A stretch of DNA of 64,000 nt, taken from the NCBI GenBank assembly GCA_900617105.1, contig UYFQ01000335.1:62001-126000 (forward strand), written 5' to 3'. The notes under the pieces were generated by a model. That model ran no database searches, was not told the DNA's origin, and saw only the letters and a list, made by a program, of their open reading frames with translations. The position numbers and the translations under genes are program-made. Shown here one piece after another: positions 12,528-24,117 of this stretch. Position 1 is the stretch's first letter. Every line of letters begins with the position of its first letter. This DNA comes from Hydrurus foetidus. Its lineage: Eukaryota.

Positions 12528-14847
12528 TTAATATCCCCTCGGGATCAAGACCTTATCCTGCTGGGTGTCTGCAACAAGAAGAACATCGCTTTCAATCTGT
12601 CTCTTCAAGGGACTGTGATTTTCAGGTGTGATCTCAGTTCCGGGTAATTCATCACGAGGTGAAGAGAAGAGAATCTTTTTTTGATGTTCTAACACTTTAT
12701 TCTGAACGCTTTCTTGAAAGAGTTCCATCGTCATCAATCCTTTCTCCGCCATCACCATTGTGTATCTGCAGGAGATGAAGAGCTTCGCAATCTCTCTCCC
12801 ACTGAATCCTTTGCACTGCATCGCCACTGCATCGAGAGACAATGCAGTGCAACACTTCTCATCTACGTACATTCTCTTACTAAATGGCCAGAGCCTCCTC
12901 TGAGAATCCAATGCCACTCTAACCAGCTCCTTCTCGCAATACAATCGCACCATGGACTCTCTCTCCTTGAGAGCTGGGAGACCTACGTACATCGACACGT
13001 CTATTCTGTCCAGCACTGCACGGTCCAGGTCCTCTGGTCGATTGGATGCGAGCACCATCATGAAGGACTTGCTTTCTGTGCCTGTCTGATATAGAAGCGC
13101 ATTCAAAGCGTTACGTACATGTGTGCCATCAGCTCCTTGCACCGTCTGTCCTCGATCACATAGAAACGCTTCTGCCTCATCGACAAAGAGCAACAGCCCT
13201 CTTCTGCTCCTTTTCGCCCACCTGAGAATAGACAAAGCAAAGTAAGAGAAGAACAATTACTTAGTCACTATTCAAATTCATTGACATCTTTAGGCATGTG
13301 ACCGAGATGTCAAAGCATTCCAAGGATATGAGTGGGTGGCGTGTTGGCTACCTGAATAACCCGTGCAGCTGTGTGACCGCATCTTCCCCTAAAGGGCCAA
13401 CATCCCCTCCTGACATAATCGCATAATCCATGCCGGAACATTCCGCAAGATGTCGCGCAAGCAGTGTTTTCCCTGTACCAGGTGGACCATGGAGGAGCAG
13501 ATGTCTGTAGGAGTTCCCAGATCTTCTCGTGTTCATGGTTGCTAGGGCCAGCTGAACGACCCTGTGCTTGTCCTCATCGCACAAAAGCACATTCTGAAAA
13601 TGCTCCAATACGCTCTTTCTCTTTTTGGTGGAATTTTCACCAGTTACGAATTCGGGAATGCGTAGCATAGCTGAGAACATCATGAAGAAAACAGTATGCA
13701 CTGACGTCTCTCTAACCAGTGAAGGTCTTCCTAGTCTTGCCTTCACGAAGTCCCTCACTACCGATATTAATTCTTTGATAGAATAGTACAACAACATCAA
13801 TGCTAATAGAGAACACACCGTGTAAGTCAGCCTCTCAGTGTCTGAGAAGAAATCTTTCGTGAGGATGGCTATCTGCTGCAAAATAGAACGAATCAAATCT
13901 AGATGGCGTTGAGTGTCTAATTTTGCTTGTGTCTGCATCTTTTTTATCGCAACATTTTCCTTCATTTTTTCTTCTTCCATACGAGCAGACAGTTCAGCAC
14001 GAATTTTTTCCATTTCGAACTCCTTCTTTTTCTCCTCAAGAGTCGTGCTATACTCTACTTTCCGCTTCTCTAACGTATTTGCTGTATTCATACGAAAGAT
14101 TTCTCTCTTCTCAGCAAGTTGTCGTTCGAGTAGTAGTGTCCTCTCCATGCTCATGTGAGCGAGGTGATCTTGTTGAATCATCCGATTTCTGCTCAGCTCT
14201 TCTTTGTACATCAGCAAAGCTCTTTCATCCCTTACCTCCACCTCAATCGCCTCTTTCTCCATTAAAGCTCTCACAGTATCAAGCTCCAGAGTTTTTTTAG
14301 CCAACAATATCTCCTGCTGGACTAGACTCTTCTGCTCGATCAGCTGAGAGCTAACCTCCATTGAGAGACGTCGTTCGATATCCGCGAACATAATCTCGTA
14401 TTCCTTTCTTATTTTGAGCATGCTGGAAACAGATTCTTCTAACGATTCCTGGAGACGGATCAGTTCCTGGATTGCAGCAAGTCCATGCATGAAGATTACG
14501 CTCTTATCCACGAGAGGGTAGTTGAAGAGCGTTGTTGGTGGTTGTTTACGGTCTTTATTCGGTATCGAGTACGTTGGCACCACTTCGACACTCTCTGGGA
14601 AGTGCTTCTGAGCATCGGGACCGATGACTCCCATATGTCGCCTACCCGGAACGCTATCATGCACTAACTCAAAATGTCTCAATGGAATTCTCTTAATTCT
14701 ATCATAACTTTCCGATAAATTCGCAGGTTGTACATTGGAATACAGTGAATCATATGTATTTCCCGTGAGGAGGCTGCCAAGACTGAGCCCGAAGAGAATC
14801 AGCAAAGATAAACAGGTCAAGTACAGATCAAGCATCGGTGATGTCAT
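12528..14847 (-). CDS. ATAD3-like AAA+ ATPase with signal peptide and N-terminal peptidase S74/ICA-like domain; one intron ~13222-13350
   Basis: Long coiled coil, then LGRPSLVRETS, Walker A GPPGTGKT, GMDYAIMSGGDVGPLG, Walker B LLFVDEAEAFL, ASNRPEDLD, GFSGREIAKL: the ATAD3 signature set. Confidence 0.88.
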
Positions 14848-14995
14848 CGAAACCCAAGCCTATCCTCCGTGCATAATGTAGAAAGTTGCAATTTTTGGCA
14901 GAGTTCAGTAACATCATCACCGAAGACGTAGATACAAAGCTCGACCGACCCGTAGTGCCATGAAAAAAAAAATCCTTCAAAAAAACCTCAGATGA

Positions 14996-15224
14996 GGCCA
15001 TTCCTTTTTTAAAAACATATCCAAAACCGTTTATCCAAAAAAGTTCTTTTAATCCGGAAAATAATTTCGTTTTCGTCATTTTGAGCGAGCCGTAGAAAAT
15101 GTTGTTTTGGGATGCAAAAAACCACCCAAGAAGAAGGTCATTTTTTGGGAAGAAATCGGTCATCCAAAAAATAAAAACCGTATTTATTGACTTTTTTGGA
15201 TATGTTTTATCCAAAGGAATGGCC
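14996..15224. mobile_element. 229-bp MITE with 3-bp TGA TSD (PIF/Harbinger/Tourist-like)
   Basis: Begins GGCCATTCCTTT..AAAACATATCCAAAA and ends TTTTGGATATGTTTT..AAAGGAATGGCC; TGA on both sides (14993-14995, 15225-15227). Confidence 0.8.
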
Positions 15225-15227
15225 TGA

Positions 15228-15437
15228 GACCGTTCCTTACGGCACGAGTTCAGGATCTGGGATTTCGTAAAATCACCCTATGGGGCGGAAAATACGTGAA
15301 TTTTTCCAGAACTCAAAAACTCAGAACTCGAGTTCTGGAAAAACAGGGCCATTTTTCCAGAACTCGAGTTCTGAGTTTTTGAGTTCTGGGAATTTTCAAA
15401 TTCCAAGAACTCAGAACTCATGCCGTAAGGAACGGTC
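15228..15437. mobile_element. 210-bp MITE with 3-bp TGA TSD and internal palindrome
   Basis: TIR GACCGTTCCTTACGGCA(C/T)GAGTTC at both ends; TGA at 15225-15227 and 15438-15440. Confidence 0.85.
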
Positions 15438-15664
15438 TGATGTCGAGGACTTCTTTGGCGGACTGGGGACTGTTCCACAGATCTTGAGATCTGAACATAC
15501 TCTACCATTATGAAAGACAGATTTCGTTATGGAAGACATTTTCAAACTTTTCACGGAGCTAGCTCCTGCCGAAAAGTCCAGTAGCGTGTTGAGGCCGGCG
15601 AGGCCGCAGAGACCGACCTTTCGTAAACCAGGTTGTCTCCGAAGAATTCTACAGTTCCACACAA

Positions 15665-17745
15665 ATGACACCGGAAGAATCTGGGCAAACAGTCGTCATG
15701 GATGTCGAAATGACGAATAATCCGCTGCATAGTCGAGCTTCGATTGATTCTGCCGATAAAGTCATCACAGCTGCAGAAACATCTGCAGTTAAGAAACGCA
15801 GTCGTCAGGATCGATTTTCAGCATTTGGAAACTTTTCAGATCATGGGTTTGCATGGTTCGCAAAACCAGTCACATGTTGGCGCAAACTGGACGGGTCAAT
15901 GATCGTCATCGGCGCAATCGTTTTTGTCGGCGACACATCACGTGGTATACTTTTCCCAGTACTCTCTTCTCTAAATGCGGCTCTCGGAGGTGGCGTGGTC
16001 GACCTGGGATATTTGGTCGCCATGTTTTCTATCGGCAGATTGGTCGTCACCGCACCTCTTGGATATGTCAGTGATCGGTACAGACACAAATTGCCGCTCG
16101 TTATGTCAAGTTCACTTCTCCTGCTTGGAGCAGTATTATGGGGCAACGCTTACTCAACTAGTAGATTGTATGTCCTTTATTTCGCCCAATTTTTGATGGG
16201 TATTGGCTCAGGAAGTCTTGGAGTCACTCGATCATTTGTTGTCGAGCAGTGTGAGCCTTCAAAGCGGACGCAAGTACTTGCTATCATCACAGCACTGCAA
16301 TATGCTGGCTTCACTGTGTCTCCTATTGTTGGATCTTGGCTCGGAACACTCGGACTTCAATCCAGCCCTTACTGGGCTTTCGCTCTTCCCTCCTATTTCA
16401 TAGCTCTGTTGGCTTTGTGCTGTCTAATTACATTACTAACCGTATTCCAGAACATCCCAGCCACTCCCATTATCTACACACACTCAACGAAGGAAATTAG
16501 CATCAAAGATGTACCAGCAATGATCCCTGCAGAAGGAAGCCCCCGCTTGACTGTAATCCACAAAACTGAGGATGCCGAATGTGGGGAATCAAAATCCAGC
16601 CGATCTACATCTGTACCCACAAGATCAAGAGCAAAGTCAGAGGTTGAGAAACAAGAAGAGAGTGCCCGATTACAACAAGGGATGCTCTACGTCATCTTTG
16701 GAATGTTCCTATTAAACATCGCCACCAAAGGCAGCATTGCCGTATACGAGACCTTAGGGGCTCAAATCGGATTGGTGGATTACAAAATGTCAACTCTCGC
16801 CCTTGGAGGACTCATCAGTGGATCAGGTGCAGTGGGCTTTATCCAGTTATTGCTCTTTCCAGCTCTATGGACGAAGTACTTCACAGGTGTGGATTGATCT
16901 GTACTACCTGCCTCTGCAAGATATTGTCTATGCATTAGGACTGCGAACAAGCAAGCCTGGGACGTGATAATCATCGCATCTATTACATACGCCGACTCTT
17001 CGAAGATTCCTTATCTACGCCTCTCATCAAACATCTTTACTTCATACAATTTATCTGCTGCCATTGTGCTATACTTTGCTATGCCATACCACGCCTACTC
17101 ACAGATATCCAGCTAATGCTGGGGGGCATAGCTGTGATGATAGCAGCTCAACTCATCGGACTGTCGTATGGCGGCGAGAAGCATTTCGTGCGCTACGCTA
17201 CCAGCGTTGTACTGATGTATGCCATAGGGTATCCAATAGGCCACACAGCCGTGTTAGGAGCATTCTCTAAGATCCAGAAGTCCGGCCCACAAGCAGCCTT
17301 GATGGGATGGTTCGCCACATCAGGCTCCCTCTCTCGCATCGTCTTCCCCATTTTATCCGGTTATCTCGACAAGGCTGTTAAGAACAGTCCTTTCAACATT
17401 GTGCTCTTCGTACTCTCTTTGTCATATCTGGGTATAGTGATGCTCAAGACCGAGATGCGTACGTACATTGAAGTGGGTCGTGAATTAGAAACTTTGCCGG
17501 TCAGACAAGGTGAAGGGCAAATGAGTAATCAGGTAGCAGACTCTAAGTCTGGCCTATGGGGGAGACTCAACGGAATATGGGGAGCACTATCTGCACTGAC
17601 AAGAAAAGAGAAAACAGAGGTCGCAGCCATGATAATGTTGATGGCATTCACCATTCTCGACATAGTGAGTCTATCAGGGGAATTAACTGAAGGAGGCGAA
17701 GGTTACTCTTTCGATGAAGACAAAGGCTACGACATTTACGCTTGA
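15665..17745 (+). CDS. Major facilitator superfamily transporter (MFSD8-like); intron ~16888-17104
   Basis: About 12 hydrophobic segments across two ORFs; MFS motif A-like GYVSDRYRHK; MGWFATSGSLSRIVFP in the C-terminal half. Confidence 0.85.
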
Positions 17746-18647
17746 ATTCAGCCCACAGCATCTCGAAAGATAAAATATCTATCAATTCATGATGAATTTT
17801 GACTATTGAGGATTTGTAAGTGATATCTATTTGGAGAGTAGGACGATAGCCAATATAGCAGGAAATGTACGTTCTACATCCGCAGTTCAATACTCACATT
17901 AAATTCTTGATTCTTAGAATCAATAAATTCTTTCTGTCATGATACGAAAAGTCAGCAACTATCGTTATTATGTATATAAATACACCTTCAACCTTACAAC
18001 TGTCAGCCGTAGTGATGTGTTCGTAATCGCTACTCTGATTAAATTGAATGTGTCGTAAACAGTAATCAGCAGCCTATCATATTAATTGCTTCATAAAACA
18101 AAAGCCAGTTTTCCGTTGTAATTATTGGTTTATTGGGCACCAGCAAGAACACCTCTATCAGTCATATATTCGCGGAACTGGTTTCAAGCCTCCATAATTT
18201 TCCAAAATGTAGGCTACGTACGATTTGTACGTAAGATTTGTAAATAAGATGACAAGTCGTCATAAGAATGAAACGGCTTCCATAATATAAACGTAATGAA
18301 TTTTTGAAGTTCGAAGCTTCACCACGAAACGAGAGAACTTTTGATCTATAAATAAAGCAATATTTTTTCTACATTAATGCAAGAATAAACCAAATTTATG
18401 TTTCACGAAGTTAAAAGTTAAAATGTTGTTTCTCAACCTGCTTTCTTAAAAGAGAAGAGAGTTTCCTCTTTGAACGACGAAAGCGTCGTCGTAGGTATGT
18501 GTGTTAGAAAAAGATCTTCTGATAGACCGATTAGGTGTGTTATTCACAGCTCTTTTTCAGTCTTCCCAATTCAGGATTCAGGTCTTGAACAACTCAACTC
18601 CTCCATTGACGAACATTTTAGAATCTCAACATTTGAGGAAGCCTTTC

Positions 18648-19805
18648 ATGGGCCTTCGACGATTTTCTTTTGTTGCCCCGATTATCCTCTTCGTAGTGAA
18701 TGTAAATGGTGACTTCCTATTGAATGACATACAAACTTCGAAAGACTCGACACAGGGAATACGAAATGATTATCAAAACGACGGCATTGTAGAACTTTCG
18801 ACGCCTCTAGTTTCATCTATCCCCCAGAAATTCTTAGATGAGGTTCCCAATCTCCCATACAGCACAGATACTAACAGAATCAGTCATGGGTCCTCCTCAA
18901 CTGATGCTTATGACAATGTTTCCCCCGAATTTGGTACTTACACGGGATCGAGTTTATTGCCCGTGGATCGCCACCAGTTTTATCTTGACTACATGAGAAG
19001 CGCCGCTTCGCAAGGCATCGCTGGATTCAATGCTGGAGATTCACTAGAGGAGAAAGCTCGAGTCACGCTCATGATGGAAGCAAACTACGAGCATACTCCA
19101 AAACCGTCGAAAAACTTCACTGTGTTGGCGGCCAGAAAATGGAACCCATCAGGTTTTGCCATCAAAGTCGGCGAGGCATATAAGGTTGAAGTCTCTGGGG
19201 AGCAATTCTGGACTGATGGTGACATAGAAGTAAATGCAGACGGATATGAATCGCACTATGACTTCATTTCTGAATGCTATGCTGCGATGGGACGTTGCAG
19301 ATCTTCTCTGAAAAAAAAGAGGAGATTCTCATCTAGATGGATGTCCCTCATCTGTGGCATAGGCCAGTATGTCCGCCCATTAGGAGCTGTTCAACCGGGA
19401 AATGAGGCAGCAACTTACTGGCTTCCAATAGACGAATCTGCAGTGACTGATACTACCTTCTATGTCGGACGAGCAATAACATTTCGTGCTCAGCATAGTG
19501 GGGAACTTATCTGTTTCGCTAATGATACTTTGACTACTTATTGGGACAATAACGGGAATGTAACTGTCGATGCAATGCGGATGAGTTGGCCACCGTCAAA
19601 TAACACTTACTACGAAGAATTATATCAGCCAGCATGTGACTCTGCTAATGCTGTGTATGCAAATCGCGGAGTTAATGTTCCGAATCCAGTGGTGAAGTGC
19701 AATCCGTATGGAGGCGGCTCTGGCTGGACAGAGTCGCAGATTTCGAATACTATAATGAATAGTTACGCTTCAGGCGCACCGGCAAACTTGACCAAGTCAA
19801 ACTAG
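18648..19805 (+). CDS. Secreted protein of unknown function, possibly LecA/PA-IL-like beta-sandwich domain
   Basis: Intronless ORF; likely ATG at 18648 gives a signal peptide (MGLRRFSFVAPIILFVVNVNG). WNPSG..I..GE.Y..EVSG..W..G and G.L.C.AND...W.NNG.V.V patterns recall LecA-like folds. Confidence 0.6.
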   Translation: MGLRRFSFVAPIILFVVNVNGDFLLNDIQTSKDSTQGIRNDYQNDGIVELSTPLVSSIPQKFLDEVPNLPYSTDTNRISHGSSSTDAYDNVSPEFGTYTGSSLLPVDRHQFYLDYMRSAASQGIAGFNAGDSLEEKARVTLMMEANYEHTPKPSKNFTVLAARKWNPSGFAIKVGEAYKVEVSGEQFWTDGDIEVNADGYESHYDFISECYAAMGRCRSSLKKKRRFSSRWMSLICGIGQYVRPLGAVQPGNEAATYWLPIDESAVTDTTFYVGRAITFRAQHSGELICFANDTLTTYWDNNGNVTVDAMRMSWPPSNNTYYEELYQPACDSANAVYANRGVNVPNPVVKCNPYGGGSGWTESQISNTIMNSYASGAPANLTKSN

Positions 19806-20032
19806 AAAATAGACAACGAAACCAATTAGACTTCACTGATAAATGCAATTGGTATTAGATACAATCGCTGGAATGCAGTGCTATTATTGTAATAAAGAAA
19901 CAAAGAAATTCAAATGGCCTGTACATCTACCTCTAAAACTTACTGCTATGAATAATATTAATCGCCATATGGTATCTGGTAGATGCCAACTATTTCTCTA
20001 ATTTGCGACGCGAGCCCTTACGAGATTCTAAG

Positions 20033-20996
20033 CTACGCTTTTTTCTTCTCCGATCCTCTTTCGATCGAAAGATTGCCTTCCCCTGAGAACAATTTCAAAG
20101 CAGTGACGTATATCTCTCGCAACCAGAAGATCTGCAGAAAGGTCAGGGCCGTGTTGATGAACATAAATAGATACAATATGGGAAGCGAATGCGCTGTGCC
20201 CGTTCGGAGCAACTCTAGTGAATCTATCCAAAAGTAGTAGCAGAAGTAAGGCCAGAAAATGACACGGAATAAAATAAAGGATACTGCGAAAATGCCGCCA
20301 AGAGCTTTCATCAACGAGGGGAACAGTTTCGCGAGAGGCGCAATTCCTCTGTTGGCGTCGAAGCACGCAAGTGCACAAAGAAATGCTGTCGACACTTCAG
20401 AACACCCAAGAAAATAAGCACAGTAGATGTGTAGGAACGGACGCAAGCACAGAGCCTGCATGTTGAGAGAAAGAAAGATCAGAGAAGAAAAACAAGAGTT
20501 TTGACAATTTACATTTCGACTCATTCGACACATCGCGTACCGCAAGGAGTCCTGTCGCGGTATGATGAACCAGAAAGATCACTCCATCATTATGAATTAC
20601 ACTATCGCAGAAGTTCTTCGCCTCGTAGGCAATTTGCCAAACACACAGACGCTGCGCTGCTGATGAAAAGATGAAGGATCTTTCGGCGCCGATGCTTGCT
20701 ACCTCTCCACTTGCCATAATGAGGGATTGAACAGAGGTTGTTATTCCGCCAAGTTGCTGCAAGCCCTCAAATCCCATAAAACAAAATATCACCATGGCTG
20801 TCAAGTCCATGGTGTGCCTGGCAAGAATGATTCTGTGCTTGAGAGGGCCGAAAACCTCCCCACTGAGGCAACTGTACAGGATGAACGCAATTAGTTGATA
20901 AACCCATAATCCAGCGAAGACTGCAGCGACTGTTAACATGAGGCTTTCATTCGTTCCCAAAGACGCATAATCCTCCAGGTTTATGAGAACTTGCAT
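20033..20996 (-). CDS. TLC (TRAM/LAG1/CLN8) domain membrane protein; one intron ~20458-20539
   Basis: FLVHH, CSEVSTAFL, FAVSFILFRVIFWP and LQIFWLREI motifs in multiple TM helices. Confidence 0.8.
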
Positions 20997-22242
20997 ATTT
21001 TATACCACCAATTGTCACTAATGTACCGCGATATCAAAGCCGCCAAAGACAGCGTTATCAACAATCGAGAATGAGATTCCCTCCTGTAACACAATCTTTT
21101 TAGGGTTTTGGGTTGCAACCTATGTTGACGTCAAAGTTACTTGCCATAAAGTGCGTAAGGGAATGATGGTGACCAACAAAACATATTGTTTTACCGTAGA
21201 CCGTAGACCGTATGATCGACGACCACAAAAACAAAAACAAAAAACTGTCAAAAAAATTCAACTTTCAACTTCAACTGGAGAAGTGTTACGTGTGGCGACC
21301 AACTCATATGATGGATTATGATTGATGATATAATACTATGCTCCTCTTGTTTTGAATTATCAGAGATGCTTTGAATAGAAAAAGCAGTGAGAAATGGGTT
21401 TATTTTGCTGAAAGGATGGCAACCGCGGGTACCAGACATGTCTAGCACGCATATCGTAGAGATTTATTCCATCTTAAATGTTTCTTGGGGCCGTCCGAAA
21501 TTGAACCCAAAAATCCCATCATTCGAAAAGCATGCAATAATTTTGTATTGCTTAATTCAATATTCAGAACTCTTATGGTCAGTTGTATCAGAGAACTTCA
21601 GCATGGTGGAGCAAAACGAAAGGTGCACTCGTAATGAAAAAATAGATTAACTTATATTGATATCCTAACAGTCGATGCTTTTTCTGCGATAAGTATTTAG
21701 ATATAAAGCATAAATGAATACATGATCGTTCAATGAAGTCATGCGTAGACACACATTTTATAATTGTCAGCAAGAACTGTATTGGACATGACAACGCAGC
21801 TTTGCAAGTATTTTGCAACTCGATTCTAAATCGCATTCTCAATGAATGTATGACCGAACCCATGATGTGAGTTGAATATGGATATCTTTTCCTCATTCTT
21901 ATTACGATGGCATCAACAGCAGTCTAATGCTTTATTATTTCTTATAGAGCTGTGCGCTACCTGTTCGTTGTCACGCGGCAACTGAGCGGAATTGTATTTC
22001 TTCATTGAAACAGACTGTTCAGCAGAGGTGATGTTCGTTGAAAAAATTCTGCTGTGGAAAAGTTCTGTCACGTCAGGTTATTTTACATGATAGGTATGAT
22101 CGTGGAAATATGTAATGTATATAATTTACATAAAGTTCAGGTGTTCAGAGGAGAATTTCGAGGTATTTGTATTGCCCTATGAGAGATGCTCGTATCAGCT
22201 AGTCTGATACACTGCAAGACTTCCTATAGCCCCTATGTGGCA

Positions 22243-22887
22243 TTAAGGTTTGTCTATTGGAAGATCGGCAAAGCGAGTCAAAACGAAGATATTTCCTTTG
22301 TCACCTCTGGACAGGCGTAAATCTTCATCGATGTAAGTTATGTCCAGCTCTCCTTTGAAACTGTCAGGAGCGTTAAATGCTAGAGGTCCCACAGTAAATC
22401 TCTTGAATTGAACGGCGACCTTACTTCCGCTCATAGGTGTCAAGGCTGCTGTGACTGTTCTGGGTACATTAAATAATCCGAAGTAATTCACAGTCTCGCT
22501 ATTTTTCGCGTACAGATTCGGACCATCAATAATTTGTAGGATGTTGCCGACTTTTGGACTGCCATTTCGGCCAAGAATTGAATCAGATGTGGTGTACTGC
22601 AAGTTCCAGACCGCATTGATAAGTGGCGACTTCAGAGATTCTTTATATTTGTTTTTCTTCTCCAGCTGCTCAAACAGACCCAGCATTTCCTCTCTTTGCT
22701 GTGGAGTTTCACTTATTCCACGATCGACTGCCTTTGCAAGATTCAGAATTTCGGCTTTAAGAGTTGACACTGACCCGCCAGATGACTTCCCAGCAGATGA
22801 TTTCCCGCCAGAAAATGCATTTTTGAGGAAGTTACCGTGGACCATGACTGCTTCGATGAGAAGAAGAAAAACAATCTGAGCTCTCAT
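22243..22887 (-). CDS. Plastid lipid-associated protein / fibrillin (PAP_fibrillin)
   Basis: W.LQYTTS and GELDITYIDEDLRLSRGDKGNIFVL fibrillin motifs; N-terminal signal peptide. Confidence 0.88.
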   Translation of the reverse strand: MRAQIVFLLLIEAVMVHGNFLKNAFSGGKSSAGKSSGGSVSTLKAEILNLAKAVDRGISETPQQREEMLGLFEQLEKKNKYKESLKSPLINAVWNLQYTTSDSILGRNGSPKVGNILQIIDGPNLYAKNSETVNYFGLFNVPRTVTAALTPMSGSKVAVQFKRFTVGPLAFNAPDSFKGELDITYIDEDLRLSRGDKGNIFVLTRFADLPIDKP

Positions 22888-24117
22888 GGCAGCGAATACT
22901 ATGGTGATACTCCTCTGTATTTGGTGATTTTTTAATGGGACATGCTACTCCAGAACAGACACCGCTTATGGCGGCGCAAAATGACGAAGAAGTGTCGCCA
23001 GTGACGCGGCGCAGGAATGTACGTCACACAAAGATTGGAGACTGTCGAATATTGCGAATCTTGAGATCTATCCCTTTAGGGCATACTTCAGACTTCATAT
23101 CCTACTGTACGGTAGGAAATTATTGCGTCAGCTTTCGGCGGTTGATTGTCGTAATCTCACCCCAGATGGCCTGGATAATAATGCGGAGCCCGACTCAAGC
23201 ATGAATTTGCGATGCCTGAACATTTTTCGCCTGACCGTTTTAGTCTTATGTATGCCGCGCCAAGTCGAACATCCGTGTTTCAGAGTGACCTCTTCATCTT
23301 CATATCTACCCTCGCATCGTCCAAACTGTCCTAATCCTGAACATATAACACCCTAGATTAGAAAACTCCCCATTCATTATAGTCAAGCAGCGATTGCCAT
23401 ACTTGCCAATCATAGCAACTCTAGCCGCTATCACCTCACCAATGAAATCAAACATCCGAAGTCGAAGCACCATCACTACACAATATGATATAGAGTATTT
23501 GTTACGGCAAATGAAGTACCTCTAACTCTGGATATTCGCTTGAACGTGCATGAATATCAAGTACATTGAGTATATCGGCTCGCGGCTATCGCCGCTAAAA
23601 AGTTCATCTTTCAAAGAATGTCTCATGTATTTCTTGAAAGTATGACAGAATCCCCACGATGCTTTCAGGGAAGCCTATTAAGACACTTCCAAGTTTTTAG
23701 CGTATCATGATGACCATTTCTACTTATGCTACATTAATAAGCTTTGAAAAACAACAGTTTGTTTTACAACAATTGTTGCATTACATAATGCATACAGAAT
23801 ACTGGTGAGGGTTGGTGGCAAAGAAAGTCCGTAGAATTTAGATAGCAGACAGCGGGAAAGGGACGCTCTGTCCGGAACCCGTGCCGGGGAAAAGCCGTTT
23901 TGAGGTGTGAAAATTGGAAGAGGAGATGGACCCCCCTCGGGGACGGAATTCTGAAACACATCGACGACAGCAGTGATAGATATCTAAAACATATATGATT
24001 CGATTCGAATCCATAACAGATAACCACGATTATAACCATAACACAAGACCGACACTCGAGCTGCCTGCAAATTTCTGAATCTAACGCCAAGATTTCATCA
24101 GAACTAAACCTGCGAGG

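Noticed and set aside
2836..14667. Numerous short antisense or alternate-frame ORFs overlapping pol eta, PPR-SMR and ATAD3-like genes
   Set aside because: Shadow ORFs of long coding sequences with no independent motifs.
14828..15513. ORFs of 128, 76 and 77 aa
   Set aside because: They fall on the two MITEs and their palindrome; low-complexity, mirror-image translations.
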